Shown piece after piece: positions 1-9,815 of a DNA stretch of 60,600 nucleotides. Each line of letters begins with the position of its first letter. Position 1 is the first letter of the stretch. Both the position numbers and the translations under genes were made by a program. The notes under the pieces are model-generated. The model did no database searches, was not told the origin of the DNA, and was given only the letters and a program-made list of their open reading frames with translations. The DNA is from a virus (lineage: Duplodnaviria > Caudoviricetes), in the IMG/VR virus record IMGVR_UViG_3300036791_000464, positions 1 through 60,600 of that record. One strand, 5' to 3'.

Positions 1-127
1 TCCGGGCTGCGGAGTCTCTTCGTCCATTTTGTCCCTCCTCTCATGAGTCGTACCTTCTATGACAAGGTCTACAAAGCTCGATGTAATCATCAGGGTCGTC
101 TAGGTAATCTCCTGAAATGTTCGCAAA
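1..127. repeat. Terminal direct repeat, copy 1 (circular assembly overlap)
   Basis: 1-127 is identical to 60474-60600; 127 is a typical assembler k-mer length. Confidence 0.95.
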
Positions 128-370
128 GTCTGTGCCTGAGAAACCTGAGTTTGTCAAGCGAGGTTTTTCTCCGCATTGTTCGCAAACTCCTGTTCTTTCT
201 TTGATCTTACGAATCCGTTTGTGGACTGCCTGGTAGCTTGGATCATCAGTCCAATGTCCATTTTTCTCGCAGCTATTACTATCACCGATTTTGCGGCGAG
301 TTTCTTCAGTGTGTTTGAATCCCGGTCGCCTAGACACCGAGCACCCACATGTCTGATACATACACTTCAC
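41..370 (-). CDS. NUMOD3-containing HNH-like endonuclease (true start probably near 337)
   Basis: HTEETRRKIG NUMOD3-like motif; CxxC...ELCRPCH zinc/HNH-type C-terminus. Confidence 0.75.
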   Translation of the reverse strand: MKCMYQTCGCSVSRRPGFKHTEETRRKIGDSNSCEKNGHWTDDPSYQAVHKRIRKIKERTGVCEQCGEKPRLTNSGFSGTDFANISGDYLDDPDDYIELCRPCHRRYDS

Positions 371-3300
371 GTGCCGCTCGCCAACCAGGTTTCACTCCGC
401 GAACGAGAACAATATCTTCATCAAGTGCGATCTTCCAGAGCAGCTTCTTGAATCGTTCGTATTTCCAGCGAGTGATCCGGATGCTGAGAAGATCGGTACC
501 GTCGTAGCCTGCCATCAACATCCACTCGTTTAGCTCCGGGTGCCTGACCTCAGATGGGTCTAGTTCCTCACCTGTTCGGGCGCGGTTCACTTCGAAGATG
601 TCTCGCAGGTTGCGGTGTACGACGACACCCAGCCAGACGATTTCGACATCGTCGCCGCGCTCCCAGGGAACCTCGACCGCAGTGTGTGTCGGCACCGGGA
701 GCTTCAATCTCGGCAGATCTGCCTTGACCGACGCGATCATGTTGTCCAGCTTCTCGATCCCGAACGGATCTTCGGCTGTCGCGAAGTCAACAAGCTTGGT
801 GATCGTCTTCGGCCCGATTCCCTTGACTGAGATCAAGGATGACCAGCTAACTCCATTCCAGTTCCTGACCCCATCGCGCCATGTGACGATCTTCTCAGCC
901 ATCTTCGGGCCGACACCTTCGATCTGATCGAAGCCAGGACGCAAACCCATCTCTCCCTCGCGCTTCCAAGTCAAGTCAGATTCGCGCAAATCGTATGGGA
1001 GGATTTCGAAGTCATGCTTGATCGCGTCACGCAGCATGATGACCTGACCGTCGAGCTTCGCTTTGGAAGTGACAGTCGCTTTCGCGTTCGATGATCCGCC
1101 GGCACCGCCACCGCCTGCCGACTTCTTATCGGCGCGATGGAGCATCGCTGCGTAAAACGCACCAGGGTGGTGTTGCTTGAACCACATCGTCCACCATGCT
1201 ATGTATCCGTAGGAGACTGAGTGGGCCGCGTTGAAGGCGTAGGATCCGCTGGTGGTGAGGTCTCCCCAGATGCTGCGCGCGAGGTCTTGGTCGATCTCGG
1301 GGTAGTCTGTTCGCTGGTGGATGGTGCGCGCTCCTTCCCAGAACCTTTCCCACTGGCGGTTGAACTCTTGGTCTCCGAGCTTGCGCGAGATGATCTTGCG
1401 GATGTAGGCTGCGTGCGTCCAATCGAAGTTTCCGATTTCACGAACGATTTGGAGGATTTGCTCTTGGTAGACGATTTGGAACTGAGTGAAGCCTGTGATA
1501 TGCTCAAGTGCAGGGTGACGGAGATGGGGCTGCTTTTCTCCCCGCTTGATGTCAACGTAGTCTGCAACTGCTCCATTGTGGAGCGGGCCTGGGCGGGCGA
1601 GAGCAGTGACATGACAAACTTCATTGAAGTCGTCTGGCCTGACCGATCCATTGACCATTCGCATAGCTCGCCCTTCAAACTGAAATATACCTGTGACATC
1701 GTTATCCTTGAACCCTTCTATTGTTGCTTCGTCTACAATCGGAATCTCGTAAAGGAACGAAGCCGGTTTGCCTTCCATGATACACATCTGGACGAGCGCG
1801 TCGAGCGCGGAGAGACCGAGCAGGTCAATCTTGAGTACGCCCAGATACTCAGCGTCATATTTATCGAGCGCGACTACCTGGATGGATCTCTTTTGAACTG
1901 TCCGTTCCAGGATCGCAGTGATGTCGGTGATCGGCTCGTTAGAGATCGCTACGCCAGCTGCGTGGACTCCGAAAGACTTGACATTGCCTTCAAGCAGAGT
2001 CGCATCCATGATCTTTGGGTAGCGCTCGACTACGCCAGCTGCTTGCTCAAACTGCTCGATGGTATCCTCGATAGTCGCGCTGGCACGGAGATCGCCGGAT
2101 GACCGTTCCAAGAGCACGTCTTTGATCTGCTCCACTTCGTACTTTGGGATACGGTGAACCCGAGCTACATCGTCTAGCGCGAGTCGAGATTTGAAGGTGC
2201 CGAAGGTACCGATCTGATTGACACATTCTCGACCGTACTTGATAACCAGATAGTCAACAACCTCTCCACGACGGGCAGAAACAAAGTCAAGGTCGATGTC
2301 TGGGAGGTCAAGACGGGTGATGTCAATGAACCTCTCGAAAACGAGGTGCGGGAAGAGCATAGGGTTGACTTCGGTGATACGGAGAAGCCAACAGACCAGG
2401 CTCGCCGCCGCTGATCCACGCGCCGGGCCAACTCCAATACCCTTGTCCTTGGCGAACCTGACAGCGTCAGAAACGATAAGGAAGTAGTCGGCAAAGTCTT
2501 TCTCCTCGATGATGGATGTCTCGTATTTGAGACGCTCCTGATATCGACGGCGCTCACGGTAACCAAGTTGGCCGCAGCCTCGGTACTCCCATCCTTCTTT
2601 GAGCCAGTCGCGGAATGTTTCTGTGCTTGTCTTTCCGTTTCGTGTCGGGTAGCGAACCATCTCCAGCTTAGGCAGCTCGACTGTACAATCCTGCGACAGT
2701 TCTTCTGTCATCAGGATCGCGTTGATGGCTTCCTGTCTAGTCAGGCCGGTCGCGACGAGACGGTTCAGGATCGAACGGTCTGTTGCTGGCGGACAAAGCT
2801 CTGCTGTATACCCCCAAGACTTCGACAGATCCTCCGGCGTAGACTTCCCTCCGCTCCGGAGCGAGTGTAGAACCTTTTGTAGCTCGTTATCCGTCGGCAA
2901 GGTGTAGTGACAATCTAGCGTCGCGACCAACGGCACACCCGTCTCCCTTGCCAACCGAGCCAGGAGTGGGTTGGCCCTGCGGGTAGTCTCAAGCTCCGGG
3001 AACGCTTGGACTTCGATACAATATGCGTTTCCAAAAGCGCGATGGAAGCGTTGAGCGACGGCCAAAGCTCGGCCATAACTAGCATCTTCAGGCGCGATAC
3101 CCTTACCTCCAACAAGCGAGCAGAAGAGTAGCGATCCCTGACATCCAGATAATACCACGATGCCCTTGCTGTGTTCGCGGAGCATTCTTCCTGAAACGGT
3201 GGGCTCATAATAGAATCCCTCCATATAGGAACGCGAGACGAGCTTCAAAATGTTCCGGTACCCTGCCTGATCTCTCGCGAGAATCGTGAGGTGATTCTTC

Positions 3301-3734
3301 AGCTGAGAGCGGCGCTCTTGGTCGATCTCTCCCGTGTACAACTCGATACCGAAGATCGGTTTGACCCCTGTTTCCTTCGCAGCCTGTTCGAACTTGACAT
3401 GCGACATTACGTTTCCGTGTTCGGTCAGAGCAAGCGCAGATCCATTGAGTTCAGAGATTCGACGGACGTGCGCCTCTGGAAGCTGAAACCCGTCGAGGAA
3501 CGAATACGTCGAATGATGATGGAGGCTGACAAACCTGAGCGGTCTCGTGAGACGAGGATTCCGATGAGTACGCTTGTCCTTCCGAACCATGGCAATGTTA
3601 TCGTCATGGTCGCACTCCTTTCCAAACGCTGGTAGTTTTGCATGATCGGGGGATTCGCCGCGCTCGATCTTCTTGCCGAACGCGGAGAGCTTTGCCTTGC
3701 CTGGACTTTCGCCTCTCTGGATAGGTTCAGCCAT
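330..3734 (-). CDS. dnaE: DNA polymerase III alpha subunit (family C)
   Basis: PHP motif SLHHHSTYSFLDG, GPARGSAAAS, PDIDLDF catalytic motif, YAFNAAHS. Confidence 0.97.
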   Translation of the reverse strand: MAEPIQRGESPGKAKLSAFGKKIERGESPDHAKLPAFGKECDHDDNIAMVRKDKRTHRNPRLTRPLRFVSLHHHSTYSFLDGFQLPEAHVRRISELNGSALALTEHGNVMSHVKFEQAAKETGVKPIFGIELYTGEIDQERRSQLKNHLTILARDQAGYRNILKLVSRSYMEGFYYEPTVSGRMLREHSKGIVVLSGCQGSLLFCSLVGGKGIAPEDASYGRALAVAQRFHRAFGNAYCIEVQAFPELETTRRANPLLARLARETGVPLVATLDCHYTLPTDNELQKVLHSLRSGGKSTPEDLSKSWGYTAELCPPATDRSILNRLVATGLTRQEAINAILMTEELSQDCTVELPKLEMVRYPTRNGKTSTETFRDWLKEGWEYRGCGQLGYRERRRYQERLKYETSIIEEKDFADYFLIVSDAVRFAKDKGIGVGPARGSAAASLVCWLLRITEVNPMLFPHLVFERFIDITRLDLPDIDLDFVSARRGEVVDYLVIKYGRECVNQIGTFGTFKSRLALDDVARVHRIPKYEVEQIKDVLLERSSGDLRASATIEDTIEQFEQAAGVVERYPKIMDATLLEGNVKSFGVHAAGVAISNEPITDITAILERTVQKRSIQVVALDKYDAEYLGVLKIDLLGLSALDALVQMCIMEGKPASFLYEIPIVDEATIEGFKDNDVTGIFQFEGRAMRMVNGSVRPDDFNEVCHVTALARPGPLHNGAVADYVDIKRGEKQPHLRHPALEHITGFTQFQIVYQEQILQIVREIGNFDWTHAAYIRKIISRKLGDQEFNRQWERFWEGARTIHQRTDYPEIDQDLARSIWGDLTTSGSYAFNAAHSVSYGYIAWWTMWFKQHHPGAFYAAMLHRADKKSAGGGGAGGSSNAKATVTSKAKLDGQVIMLRDAIKHDFEILPYDLRESDLTWKREGEMGLRPGFDQIEGVGPKMAEKIVTWRDGVRNWNGVSWSSLISVKGIGPKTITKLVDFATAEDPFGIEKLDNMIASVKADLPRLKLPVPTHTAVEVPWERGDDVEIVWLGVVVHRNLRDIFEVNRARTGEELDPSEVRHPELNEWMLMAGYDGTDLLSIRITRWKYERFKKLLWKIALDEDIVLVRGVKPGWRAAREVYVSDMWVLGV

Positions 3735-3875
3735 TTAGCACCTACACTTCCATATCGCTCGTAGACAACCTTTGCATCGAATAGTGTAACCATCTTCATC
3801 GTAGTTGCCGAGATACGTCGCCCATTTGCCGCATTTGCAGCGAGGCATTACGACAAGAGCAGGATGTTCAGCCAT
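3735..3875 (-). CDS. Small Cys-rich protein
   Basis: AGGAG RBS before the ATG at 3875; CKCGK...CKGC...CRC. Confidence 0.5.
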   Translation of the reverse strand: MAEHPALVVMPRCKCGKWATYLGNYDEDGYTIRCKGCLRAIWKCRC

Positions 3876-4032
3876 CCTTACTCCTAACGTCTCCGTGAAT
3901 GGCGAGCCAGATATCGAGCCACCCATCCACATCGTCTTCTGTTTTCGGTACCTTTGGAGGATCGCCATACTTCTCCACGAGGTACGCTTCAATCGCTTCG
4001 GATAGAAGCACTGTTTTACTAGGATCATCCAC
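3868..4032 (-). CDS. Small hypothetical protein (54 aa, not in the ORF track)
   Basis: GTG-start ORF MDDPSKTVLLSEAIEAYLVEKY... fills the gap and overlaps both neighbours. Confidence 0.45.
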   Translation of the reverse strand: MDDPSKTVLLSEAIEAYLVEKYGDPPKVPKTEDDVDGWLDIWLAIHGDVRSKDG

Positions 4033-4318
4033 GCATGCCTCTCTCGATCTGCTTGATCAGGAACGCCGCATAGTTGATGACGTCGAGCGCGTCTTCCACT
4101 ATCGCCATCATCCAGACACTATCGTCTTTCGCCCGTCCCTCTTCGTTGATTGTGTATGCGTTCTCGATACGGGTGACCCGCTCGCGTAGCTCGCGGATCT
4201 TGTCAGACGGCGGGAACTCCAACCACATCTGTCCGCGAACATGCGACTTGTCGATAAAGATCTGATTCGCTCTGTCGAGTATCTTCCGGTGCTCGGCTTC
4301 GAAGTTAGGCGATGGCAT
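4025..4318 (-). CDS. Nucleotide-modification-associated (DUF1599/Nmad1-like) alpha-helical pyrophosphatase-fold protein
   Basis: K..RG..W...IRELRERVTRI...EDALDVINYA pattern. Confidence 0.6.
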   Translation of the reverse strand: MPSPNFEAEHRKILDRANQIFIDKSHVRGQMWLEFPPSDKIRELRERVTRIENAYTINEEGRAKDDSVWMMAIVEDALDVINYAAFLIKQIERGMRG

Positions 4319-4955
4319 ACGACTCTTTCCATCCTTCAATCATGTCTCCGATCCTTGTGGTGATCGTCCACATCTCGCTACGCCTCCCGCGGACGGCCAC
4401 GTTCCAAGCCGTACCCATAAGGATGGAGACGTTCCGCCCGACGAGACGATCTGCCTCATCACACATCTCCGGGAGATCATCGATGATCGCGACGATCCTG
4501 TCCTCATCTACCCGGTCGAGCAACTTGGCGTACTTGTCTTCATCAAACAGCATGCCGTCGTACTCGGCCATTCCGTGACGGCGCAGCCATTCGACCGTAT
4601 CCGGGATGACGGTATCGAGCGACAGATACGGGCGCGTCGTCGTGAGCCAAAGCTCGGCGTCACAAGCGATGATCTCGTTGAGGAGATCAGCAGCGCCGTC
4701 GAATACCGGCATGCTGCGCTTCATCCCGCCCTGCCGGTACGCGAGCTTGATGGCGCGGTACTCGTCCGTCTCGATCCCGTTCGCCGTCTTGAACCAGAGC
4801 CGGAAGCTATGCCCTCCGGTGTAGTTGCGTTGTAGCTCGCGACCGACGTACTGCTCGGTAAAGTCAATGAAGTGACCGTGGTAGTCGCCAAGCGTCCCGT
4901 CGATATCTACGGCGACAACCGGACGAATGATCTCGCTACACTTGCTGCAAAGCAC
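4305..4955 (-). CDS. HAD-superfamily 5'-nucleotidase-like phosphatase
   Basis: VAVDIDGTL motif I, TTR motif II, K and IIDD motif IV; GAGGAGG RBS before a GTG start. Confidence 0.85.
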   Translation of the reverse strand: MLCSKCSEIIRPVVAVDIDGTLGDYHGHFIDFTEQYVGRELQRNYTGGHSFRLWFKTANGIETDEYRAIKLAYRQGGMKRSMPVFDGAADLLNEIIACDAELWLTTTRPYLSLDTVIPDTVEWLRRHGMAEYDGMLFDEDKYAKLLDRVDEDRIVAIIDDLPEMCDEADRLVGRNVSILMGTAWNVAVRGRRSEMWTITTRIGDMIEGWKESYAIA

Positions 4956-5715
4956 TTCTGACCTCCTCGTATCCGTGGTGGGTGAAAGCGTGTCTGTCCC
5001 ATTTCCCGAAGCGACCGATGCGGACGACATTCGGGTGACAGGTACAGGTTGTTCGTAGCGGCTTGATGCCCTTGCTGACTCTGACCCCTTCCGCTAAGAC
5101 GCTTGTGCTGATATTCGTGGGTGCGTGATCCTCGGAGAACTCCCATGATTGGTACCCTCGGATTCGTGAGTAGCGATACCAAGCTGGCATCCCGACCAGA
5201 TCGACTCCGTTGTAAACCATAATGTTTTCTTCCACGGTGGTCGGCCCGTGTAGGACGACGATGTTGACGGCGTCGAACCGATGTTGCCAATCGAGGCAGA
5301 TCGAGCGCGCCGGGATCGCGCTGAAGACCATATCTGCCTTGATACCCTCGACGCTCTCAGGTGTTACCTGTACATCGACTATGAGTTTATTGTACTGTCG
5401 CCATAGCTTGGAGTAGGCCGACTTGAGATCCCATCCCGGCGTCGGCCCGATGGTGAACTTGTCCCAGCTGACTTCTGCGTTCGGATCCCCGTATACGCTT
5501 TCAGCATATCCCCAGCGTGTCCCGACCTTGTTGACGTCTATCATCATCTCGGGATTATCCGGGCTGATGTCCGGAATCGGTGCATGTAGATACATCGCGC
5601 CAAACGTGATGCTACGGCGCTTCCGAGAGTAGATGACGACATCATGTCCGACCGTCGCAGCCGAGTGTGCCGCGATTAGACCTGCAGGCCCACAACCAAG
5701 GATGGCTACCTTCAT
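4936..5715 (-). CDS. FAD/NAD-dependent oxidoreductase
   Basis: MKVAILGCGPAGLIAA Rossmann motif; C-terminal GRFGKW. Confidence 0.8.
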   Translation of the reverse strand: MKVAILGCGPAGLIAAHSAATVGHDVVIYSRKRRSITFGAMYLHAPIPDISPDNPEMMIDVNKVGTRWGYAESVYGDPNAEVSWDKFTIGPTPGWDLKSAYSKLWRQYNKLIVDVQVTPESVEGIKADMVFSAIPARSICLDWQHRFDAVNIVVLHGPTTVEENIMVYNGVDLVGMPAWYRYSRIRGYQSWEFSEDHAPTNISTSVLAEGVRVSKGIKPLRTTCTCHPNVVRIGRFGKWDRHAFTHHGYEEVRSALQQV

Positions 5716-6029
5716 TCGAACATTACCTTCAGTCTGTTGAGGATGTACATAACAACTTTCCTCTTCGCCTCGTCGGGATGCGCCTCCACCCACTCATCGG
5801 TAAGGCCGTTCATGCGCATCTTTTGATTCTCGCGATTTTGCCGAATCAACTCCTCGAAACTTTTATGAGTCTCGGGATCGTTCAGCATCGTCTCGACATA
5901 AATCCAACCCTCATACGCCGAGATCAACCTGTGAGCGAGAGTTTCATCTTTGTGCGGAACCGTAGCTCTCGCTCGTGCGGTATCCTTGGCGTACAACTCC
6001 TCGATCTCTTCTGGTGTCCATTCATCCAT
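5712..6029 (-). CDS. Hypothetical protein
   Basis: GGAGGGAG RBS; tightly packed in the operon. Confidence 0.65.
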   Translation of the reverse strand: MDEWTPEEIEELYAKDTARARATVPHKDETLAHRLISAYEGWIYVETMLNDPETHKSFEELIRQNRENQKMRMNGLTDEWVEAHPDEAKRKVVMYILNRLKVMFE

Positions 6030-6040
6030 TTTGCTCCCTC

Positions 6041-8797
6041 CTACCAACGTACCTCACGGAGTAACCCGTGGAGTGTTGGTTCGACCATGATGTCTGCTCC
6101 ACCCTCTTTACGCACCATGCGTGCGTTGTAGAGCGTATTGATGATCGCGTTCGCTCGATCTCGATCAACATTGAGTACCTCTTCAAGATCCTGACGACGG
6201 AAGCGGCCGGTTTGGCGCAGTAGCTTCGCCAGATTACGCTGACTCAGCAGATATTCTCGGATCGACTCGCGTTGCTCTTCTGCCTCCTGCTTGTCTAGGA
6301 TCCGCTCGCGCGACCGTTCCGCGTAACCGAGCGTCGGCATATTGTAGATGACGTCGATGAACTTGACTGCGTCCTGTACGTGGATCGGCGTAACGACAAT
6401 CTTCTCATAGGTGTCGTCGGTCGAGAATGTACGCGCGGCGAGTGCTATGGCTATGCGCGCAATCTTGATGCGTGCGTTCGCAGCCTGGAGTAGTGGCGGA
6501 TCCTCTACATAACGGTCGCCTACCTTCATCGCGAGCTTGAAGACTGTCTCTTCCGCGTTGCGCGCCCATACGATCTGATCTAGGTGTCTCGTCCACACCC
6601 ACATCAGGAGCGTATGACACGCTTCGCTCGTGTACTTGAGTTCACCGGTATCTAGCAGCTTATTGTATTCCTCAGGTTTGACATCATACTTCGACAGGGC
6701 CATCGCGATATCGAAGCGCGCTATGTCTTCGGGATTCCCGATCAAAGGTTTGATTGCATCGACACCGTACGTGAACTGCTCCATTCCTCCGTCGCGCGGA
6801 TTCCCGAGCCAGAGTAGCCGTGTCCGGGCGAACGTGACCTCTTGTTGGATCTTCGTTATTCGGGCCAAGCCAGAAGCCCGCACGTCGGACATCTTAGCAA
6901 TCTCTTCCGGGTGGAGTCCTGATAGCTCATCAATAACAACCAACCTTCTGTCGTTGATTGGTATGACACCCCAAGTAACGGCCCAATCTCTTCCACCAAT
7001 CTGCTGCAGGCCTCCAACCAAGCCGGCAATAGTAGCTGCTTCTCCTCCGACGATTTCTCCTGCTCCATAATGTCGTACAAGTCGTTCAGCAGCCTCAGAC
7101 TTCCCTGTGCGAGTATCTCCAACGATGAGAGATTCGATCCATCCTCTGTGGACAACTTGACCCCCAAACTTGAACGAGAGCGGCGAGTGGAATGTTAGAT
7201 CCATGACTGCGTGCATTTCCGGGCGTCCGACGATCTTTGTAACGTGGCTCGCTAGCTCGCGCTCGATCTCGCCCAGCTTCTTGTATGGCCTTTGTCTACC
7301 GCGAACCTGGAACCGCTTCATGAGATTGCGAGCGTCATCGCTCATTTCGAAACGATCTACGCTCGTCTCCTGCTGCTTGACGTCCCAAGCGAGAAAGTCG
7401 TTGTGTTGGTCTCGCGGGTTCGGATAGAGAGCACCGGTGACTAGGACAGTCGTGTTCTGCATCGTATTGTAGCGACCGACCGACGTGATCTTGATGTTCT
7501 TGTAGTTACTCGCTTGTGTTCCGTCGGCGTGGTCGATACTCGGTCGAGCGTACAACTCTTCGACCGACTGGTGATCTTCGATCTCGATGTCGAGCTTACC
7601 ACATTTCTGCGCGCCGTACTCTAGCCGGATCATTTCGAAGATCTGAGCTTGCGATGAATCGATCATGCCGAGAATCTTCGGGCTAGTCGGCGGGATCTCT
7701 AGCGATGCCTCTCCGCCGCTGGTCGCGTTCATCGGACATATCTTACACTTCGGCCCGGCATCCTGCGTGCAGTGGAGCTTTGCCTTCCATGGGATCGTAT
7801 AGCCGGGATCGCGCTTACCCTTGATCGTTACCTGTAGCTTGACCGGATCTCCGACCTTGTGAGCGTCGAACGAGTCGAGCACCGTGACGATACTCGGGTC
7901 GTTGTTACGCTTCTTCAAAGGCTGGGCTTCGGCTAGCAGGCTTTCGAAGTCGGAGTTGTCGTGCTCGCGCCAGAAGTCGCTCAGATCCTTCCCATGTTTG
8001 TCCTCAATGGGATATGGAAGGGTAACGATCCGGACATCGGCTGTTCGACCGAGAGAGCGCGCGACCTTGTTCGCTCCGATCTGTCCGTCACGGTCGCAAT
8101 CCTGAGCGATAAATACAAGCTTATCCTTGAAGTGCGGGTTCCAGCGAGGGTACCATGTCTTGGCCCCGGAGGTACGGGTGATGGCGGCGTAGCCATGTTG
8201 GATGGTCGCGAGCGTATCCCACTCACCTTCGCAGATAATGATCCGGTCGGCCTCTAGCTGGTTCATCGGGTATAGCTCGGTCGTACGCATCCCCGTAACG
8301 CTGCGTATCTTCGTGTGCGCATCCTCTCTAGTCGTATAGCGCCGGACGTTCCAGATCTCTTGCTTGGGGCCGCGAATCGGGATCGTGTATACTTGTCTGA
8401 CTCGATCCCATCCGATTTCGAAGTCTACCATCGTCTTTGTATGGATACCCCGCTCCACCAGATAGTCGCAGACGGTTGGATCGTCGAGCAGAGCTTCGTG
8501 CCATCCTCGGATATGGCCCTCGGTGATGATCTCGTTCCCGACGGCCGTTTGCCGGGAAGCGCCGTTGTAGTTGACGCTTCCCGGCTCCAGCCAGTTGCTT
8601 TTCTGCGCAACCAGATCCGTGACTCTCCCTCCACCGCATCCGGCGAAGCAGTACCACTCGCCGGTCAGCGTGTTGAGCGACGCCGACCGATTCTCGTCCT
8701 CATGTAGCGGACAGAGCATGTCCCACTCGCCGTTCGAGCGGACACGTCCGAGTAGATACGGCTTGAGAAGCCGTAGGTGGCGAGCCGAGAGAGCCAT
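6041..8797 (-). CDS. DNA primase (CHC2 zinc finger + TOPRIM) fused to an MCM-like AAA+ helicase
   Basis: CPLHED...YCFAGC; ICEGEWD and DCD TOPRIM motifs; GDTRTGKS Walker A; VIDE Walker B; ARFD arginine finger. Confidence 0.85.
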   Translation of the reverse strand: MALSARHLRLLKPYLLGRVRSNGEWDMLCPLHEDENRSASLNTLTGEWYCFAGCGGGRVTDLVAQKSNWLEPGSVNYNGASRQTAVGNEIITEGHIRGWHEALLDDPTVCDYLVERGIHTKTMVDFEIGWDRVRQVYTIPIRGPKQEIWNVRRYTTREDAHTKIRSVTGMRTTELYPMNQLEADRIIICEGEWDTLATIQHGYAAITRTSGAKTWYPRWNPHFKDKLVFIAQDCDRDGQIGANKVARSLGRTADVRIVTLPYPIEDKHGKDLSDFWREHDNSDFESLLAEAQPLKKRNNDPSIVTVLDSFDAHKVGDPVKLQVTIKGKRDPGYTIPWKAKLHCTQDAGPKCKICPMNATSGGEASLEIPPTSPKILGMIDSSQAQIFEMIRLEYGAQKCGKLDIEIEDHQSVEELYARPSIDHADGTQASNYKNIKITSVGRYNTMQNTTVLVTGALYPNPRDQHNDFLAWDVKQQETSVDRFEMSDDARNLMKRFQVRGRQRPYKKLGEIERELASHVTKIVGRPEMHAVMDLTFHSPLSFKFGGQVVHRGWIESLIVGDTRTGKSEAAERLVRHYGAGEIVGGEAATIAGLVGGLQQIGGRDWAVTWGVIPINDRRLVVIDELSGLHPEEIAKMSDVRASGLARITKIQQEVTFARTRLLWLGNPRDGGMEQFTYGVDAIKPLIGNPEDIARFDIAMALSKYDVKPEEYNKLLDTGELKYTSEACHTLLMWVWTRHLDQIVWARNAEETVFKLAMKVGDRYVEDPPLLQAANARIKIARIAIALAARTFSTDDTYEKIVVTPIHVQDAVKFIDVIYNMPTLGYAERSRERILDKQEAEEQRESIREYLLSQRNLAKLLRQTGRFRRQDLEEVLNVDRDRANAIINTLYNARMVRKEGGADIMVEPTLHGLLREVRW

Positions 8798-8807
8798 GGC
8801 TAGTGGC

Positions 8808-9815
8808 TCAGAACGGCTCTGCTACTTTGTCGTCTTCTCGCAGGGCCGCGACCAGCTTGTCCTTCGTCTTGCGGCCGGTGATCTTGATGTCGGCGTCCTG
8901 CTCGTTGCGAGTGGCGATCTCGTCGGTCAACTCCTCCAACGTCCACTCTTCGTAGTCGTCGCCCTCGCCCTCATCGTCGCCGCTGGTCTCTCCCGCACCA
9001 TCCTGGACGGCTGCGACCGACTCCGCGAGCGAGACGATGGCCTCGATGTACTTGGCCTTGGTCTTGCGGCCGGTGACGTTGCCCGTGATGCCGAGATCCT
9101 CGACATATGATTTGATGTCGTCGTCCGCCCAGTCTGCGTAGAACTTCGCATCTGCGCGGAGATCGGCCACCAGCTCAGGATCGAGGTAGCCCGCGCCGTT
9201 GGACGCGGCTTCGTCTCCCTCGCCTGGCTCATCGGCCATGCCCTGGTCTTCCATGATCGCGGCGATAGCCTTGTCCTTGCTGAAGCGCCCTGACAACTCG
9301 ATCCCGCGATCTTTGATCTCTTCTTTGAGATCGTCGTTCGACCACTCGGCCAGTTCCTCGGCCGTGAACGGCTCATCATCGCCGCCGCCCTCGGGCAGAC
9401 CCTCGCCATCCTCCTCGACCTTGCCAGGAGCATACAGGCTCTTGACCCGACCGCGATACTCACCTTCCAGGTTGGTGTCAGCGACGACCTTGACGTTGAC
9501 GTTCTTACCGACCTGCTTGGCGGTATCGAACTGGCCCTTGGCCGGTAGCTTCAGAGCATCGGTAAGCTCGCGCAGCTTCCAACCGTGAGCGGTCTCGTTG
9601 TAGTTCGGATCGTTCGGCGTCTTGACGTACGTCCAAAGACGCGCGTACTCCGAGCCGACATCGATGATGATCTCCAGATCGCCCACGACTTCGCCGTTTG
9701 CCTTCTTATCGCGCGGCGTGATCGAGGCAATCTTGCCTTGATAGAGGCCAGGCTGCGGTTGTTCCCCGCCGCCGCCTGATTCGACGTTGCTGACGTCGTA
9801 CTTGACTACTGCCAT
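8808..9815 (-). CDS. Single-stranded DNA-binding protein (DUF669-like) with an acidic, helical-repeat C-terminus
   Basis: PQPGLYQGKI N-terminus; next to the Sak4-like ATPase; acidic tail ending EPF. Confidence 0.65.
   Translation of the reverse strand: MAVVKYDVSNVESGGGGEQPQPGLYQGKIASITPRDKKANGEVVGDLEIIIDVGSEYARLWTYVKTPNDPNYNETAHGWKLRELTDALKLPAKGQFDTAKQVGKNVNVKVVADTNLEGEYRGRVKSLYAPGKVEEDGEGLPEGGGDDEPFTAEELAEWSNDDLKEEIKDRGIELSGRFSKDKAIAAIMEDQGMADEPGEGDEAASNGAGYLDPELVADLRADAKFYADWADDDIKSYVEDLGITGNVTGRKTKAKYIEAIVSLAESVAAVQDGAGETSGDDEGEGDDYEEWTLEELTDEIATRNEQDADIKITGRKTKDKLVAALREDDKVAEPF

Noticed and set aside
1-127. Biological terminal repeat
   Set aside because: Exactly 127 bp and cutting through genes; best explained as an assembler overlap.
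330-3734. Intein or intron in DnaE or terminase
   Set aside because: Normal lengths and no splicing motifs recognised.
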